Assembly (NCBI GenBank): GCA_965218795.1
Contig: OZ244653.1
Location: forward strand, 192,001-256,000
Reading direction: 5' to 3'
Origin: a bacterium
GTDB lineage: Bacteria > UBA8248 > JACPRG01 > G963555815
Length of the DNA stretch: 64,000 nucleotides
Shown: positions 62,889-64,000 of the stretch, in pieces
Layout: every line of letters begins with the position of its first letter
How positions within the stretch are numbered: position 1 is the first letter of the stretch
Translations under genes and position numbers: made by a program
Notes under the pieces: model-generated
The model's input: the letters and a program-made list of their open reading frames with translations, nothing else
Told to the model about the DNA's origin: nothing
Databases searched by the model: none

Positions 62889-64000
62889 GTGAACCGGTCC
62901 GCCGCCCTCGATAAGCTCCGGAGACCCCTGGAGTTCGCCTCCCGCAACGATTTCGCAAAGATTGATTCCGTCTCGGGACTCGAGCGGTCCATCAATGTCT
63001 GGCTCGATGAGCTGGAAGCCGAGCATCCGCAGGGATTCGTCCTGTCCATTCTCAAAACCCTGAGACGGAACTTCGCCGGATTCGACGCCTCGGGCTCAGA
63101 GGAAAAGCGCGTTCGGCTGTCCGAGGCGCTGAAGCTTTTGAAGCGCATCGAGGGCCTGGTCGAGGGGGCGGATGTTCCGAATGTCCAAACCCATCCCGAC
63201 GCAGCCCGCCCGGAGTCTTCCGGGAAAGAAGGATTGCACCGGCCCGGGTCCCTCCTCCTCCGTGAAAGCCGGCCTGAAAAACCCTCGCTCGCCGATAGCG
63301 TGCAGACGGTCCGCGGGGTCGGACCCAAGCGGGCCGAGGTCTTTGGTCGACTCGGCATTCGCACGGTCGGCGATGCACTCTTCTTTCTGCCGCGAAAGTA
63401 TGTGGATCGATCCCGCCTCCAGCCGATCTCCGCGCTCCAGCCGGGACATGAGCAGACCTTCTCCGGCGCCGTCGTGGGAAGTGGAGTCGCGTATCGCGGG
63501 CGGGGAAGGAGGATGTTCGAGGTCACGGTCACGGATTCGACGGGGGTGATCACGGCGGTTTGGTTCGTTTTCCGTAAGGCGTACATGGAGGAGCGATACC
63601 CGGTGGGCCGGTCCTTCGTGTTCAGCGGCGTGATGCGGTCGAACGCCCGGCGGGGTGGCCGCCTGGAAATCCATCATCCTGATGTCGAGGATCTGGATGG
63701 GGAAGGCGGGCAGCCCGAATCCCTGCACATGGGCCGAGTCGTTTCGTTTTATCCGTCCACGGAAGGAGTGCATCAAAGGTCCTTCCGGACGTTCATCCGC
63801 AGAGTGGTCGATGATTTTGCGGACCAGGTAGTCGATGTCGTCCCGTCGGAGATCACGGCCCGAAGGAACCTGGTCCCCCTTCGGGAGGCGCTGCGCGGCG
63901 TGCACTTTCCACCTTCGCCCGACGAAACGGATGCATTGCCGCCGGAGGAAACGGCGGTGGAAGCGCTGAACGCCGGGATTTCATCCTGGCACCGGAGGCT
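62889..64000 (+). CDS. recG: ATP-dependent DNA helicase RecG (5' part; runs off the right edge)
   Basis: Not in the ORF track. Manual translation gives VRGVGPKRAEVFGRLGIRTVGDALFFLPRKYVDRS..VTDSTGVITAVWF..EIHHPDVE..LREALRGVHFP. Confidence 0.92.
   Translation, partial: MNRSAALDKLRRPLEFASRNDFAKIDSVSGLERSINVWLDELEAEHPQGFVLSILKTLRRNFAGFDASGSEEKRVRLSEALKLLKRIEGLVEGADVPNVQTHPDAARPESSGKEGLHRPGSLLLRESRPEKPSLADSVQTVRGVGPKRAEVFGRLGIRTVGDALFFLPRKYVDRSRLQPISALQPGHEQTFSGAVVGSGVAYRGRGRRMFEVTVTDSTGVITAVWFVFRKAYMEERYPVGRSFVFSGVMRSNARRGGRLEIHHPDVEDLDGEGGQPESLHMGRVVSFYPSTEGVHQRSFRTFIRRVVDDFADQVVDVVPSEITARRNLVPLREALRGVHFPPSPDETDALPPEETAVEALNAGISSWHRR

Overview
GC-rich bacterial window in two parts. About 1-48.5 kb is a heavily rearranged, decaying mobile/defence island. 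It holds MOB-F conjugation relics (two relaxase N-terminal fragments, a frameshifted coupling protein, SSB, primase, a SLOG protein, an RHH protein and a candidate oriT) and a complete type I-E CRISPR-Cas locus (cas3-cse1-cse2-cas7-cas5-cas6-cas1-cas2, 27 repeats/26 spacers). The cas2 3' end is interrupted by an intact IS630, and the last repeat is fused directly to a broken relaxase gene. The island also has a giant Calx-beta/Ig-repeat autotransporter-like adhesin, IS3/IS5 relics, two tyrosine integrases (one intact) and a defence cluster (ApeA-like HEPN, DUF429 fragment, DUF3800, type IIG-like R-M; DUF4238 near the left edge). A ~2.6-kb module of unknown genes (Arg-rich tandem zinc-ribbon protein, small acidic peptide, ssb, conserved non-coding leader) occurs twice in inverted orientation. 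From ~48.6 kb the DNA looks like core chromosome (crcB, glcF-like, peroxiredoxin, thioesterase, cupredoxin, TlpA, M42 peptidase, THI5-like SBP, a probable selenocysteine DsbA/FrnE, P1 peptidase, tatA, rel, rpmB, recG). All family calls come from reading motifs by eye; no database search was run.
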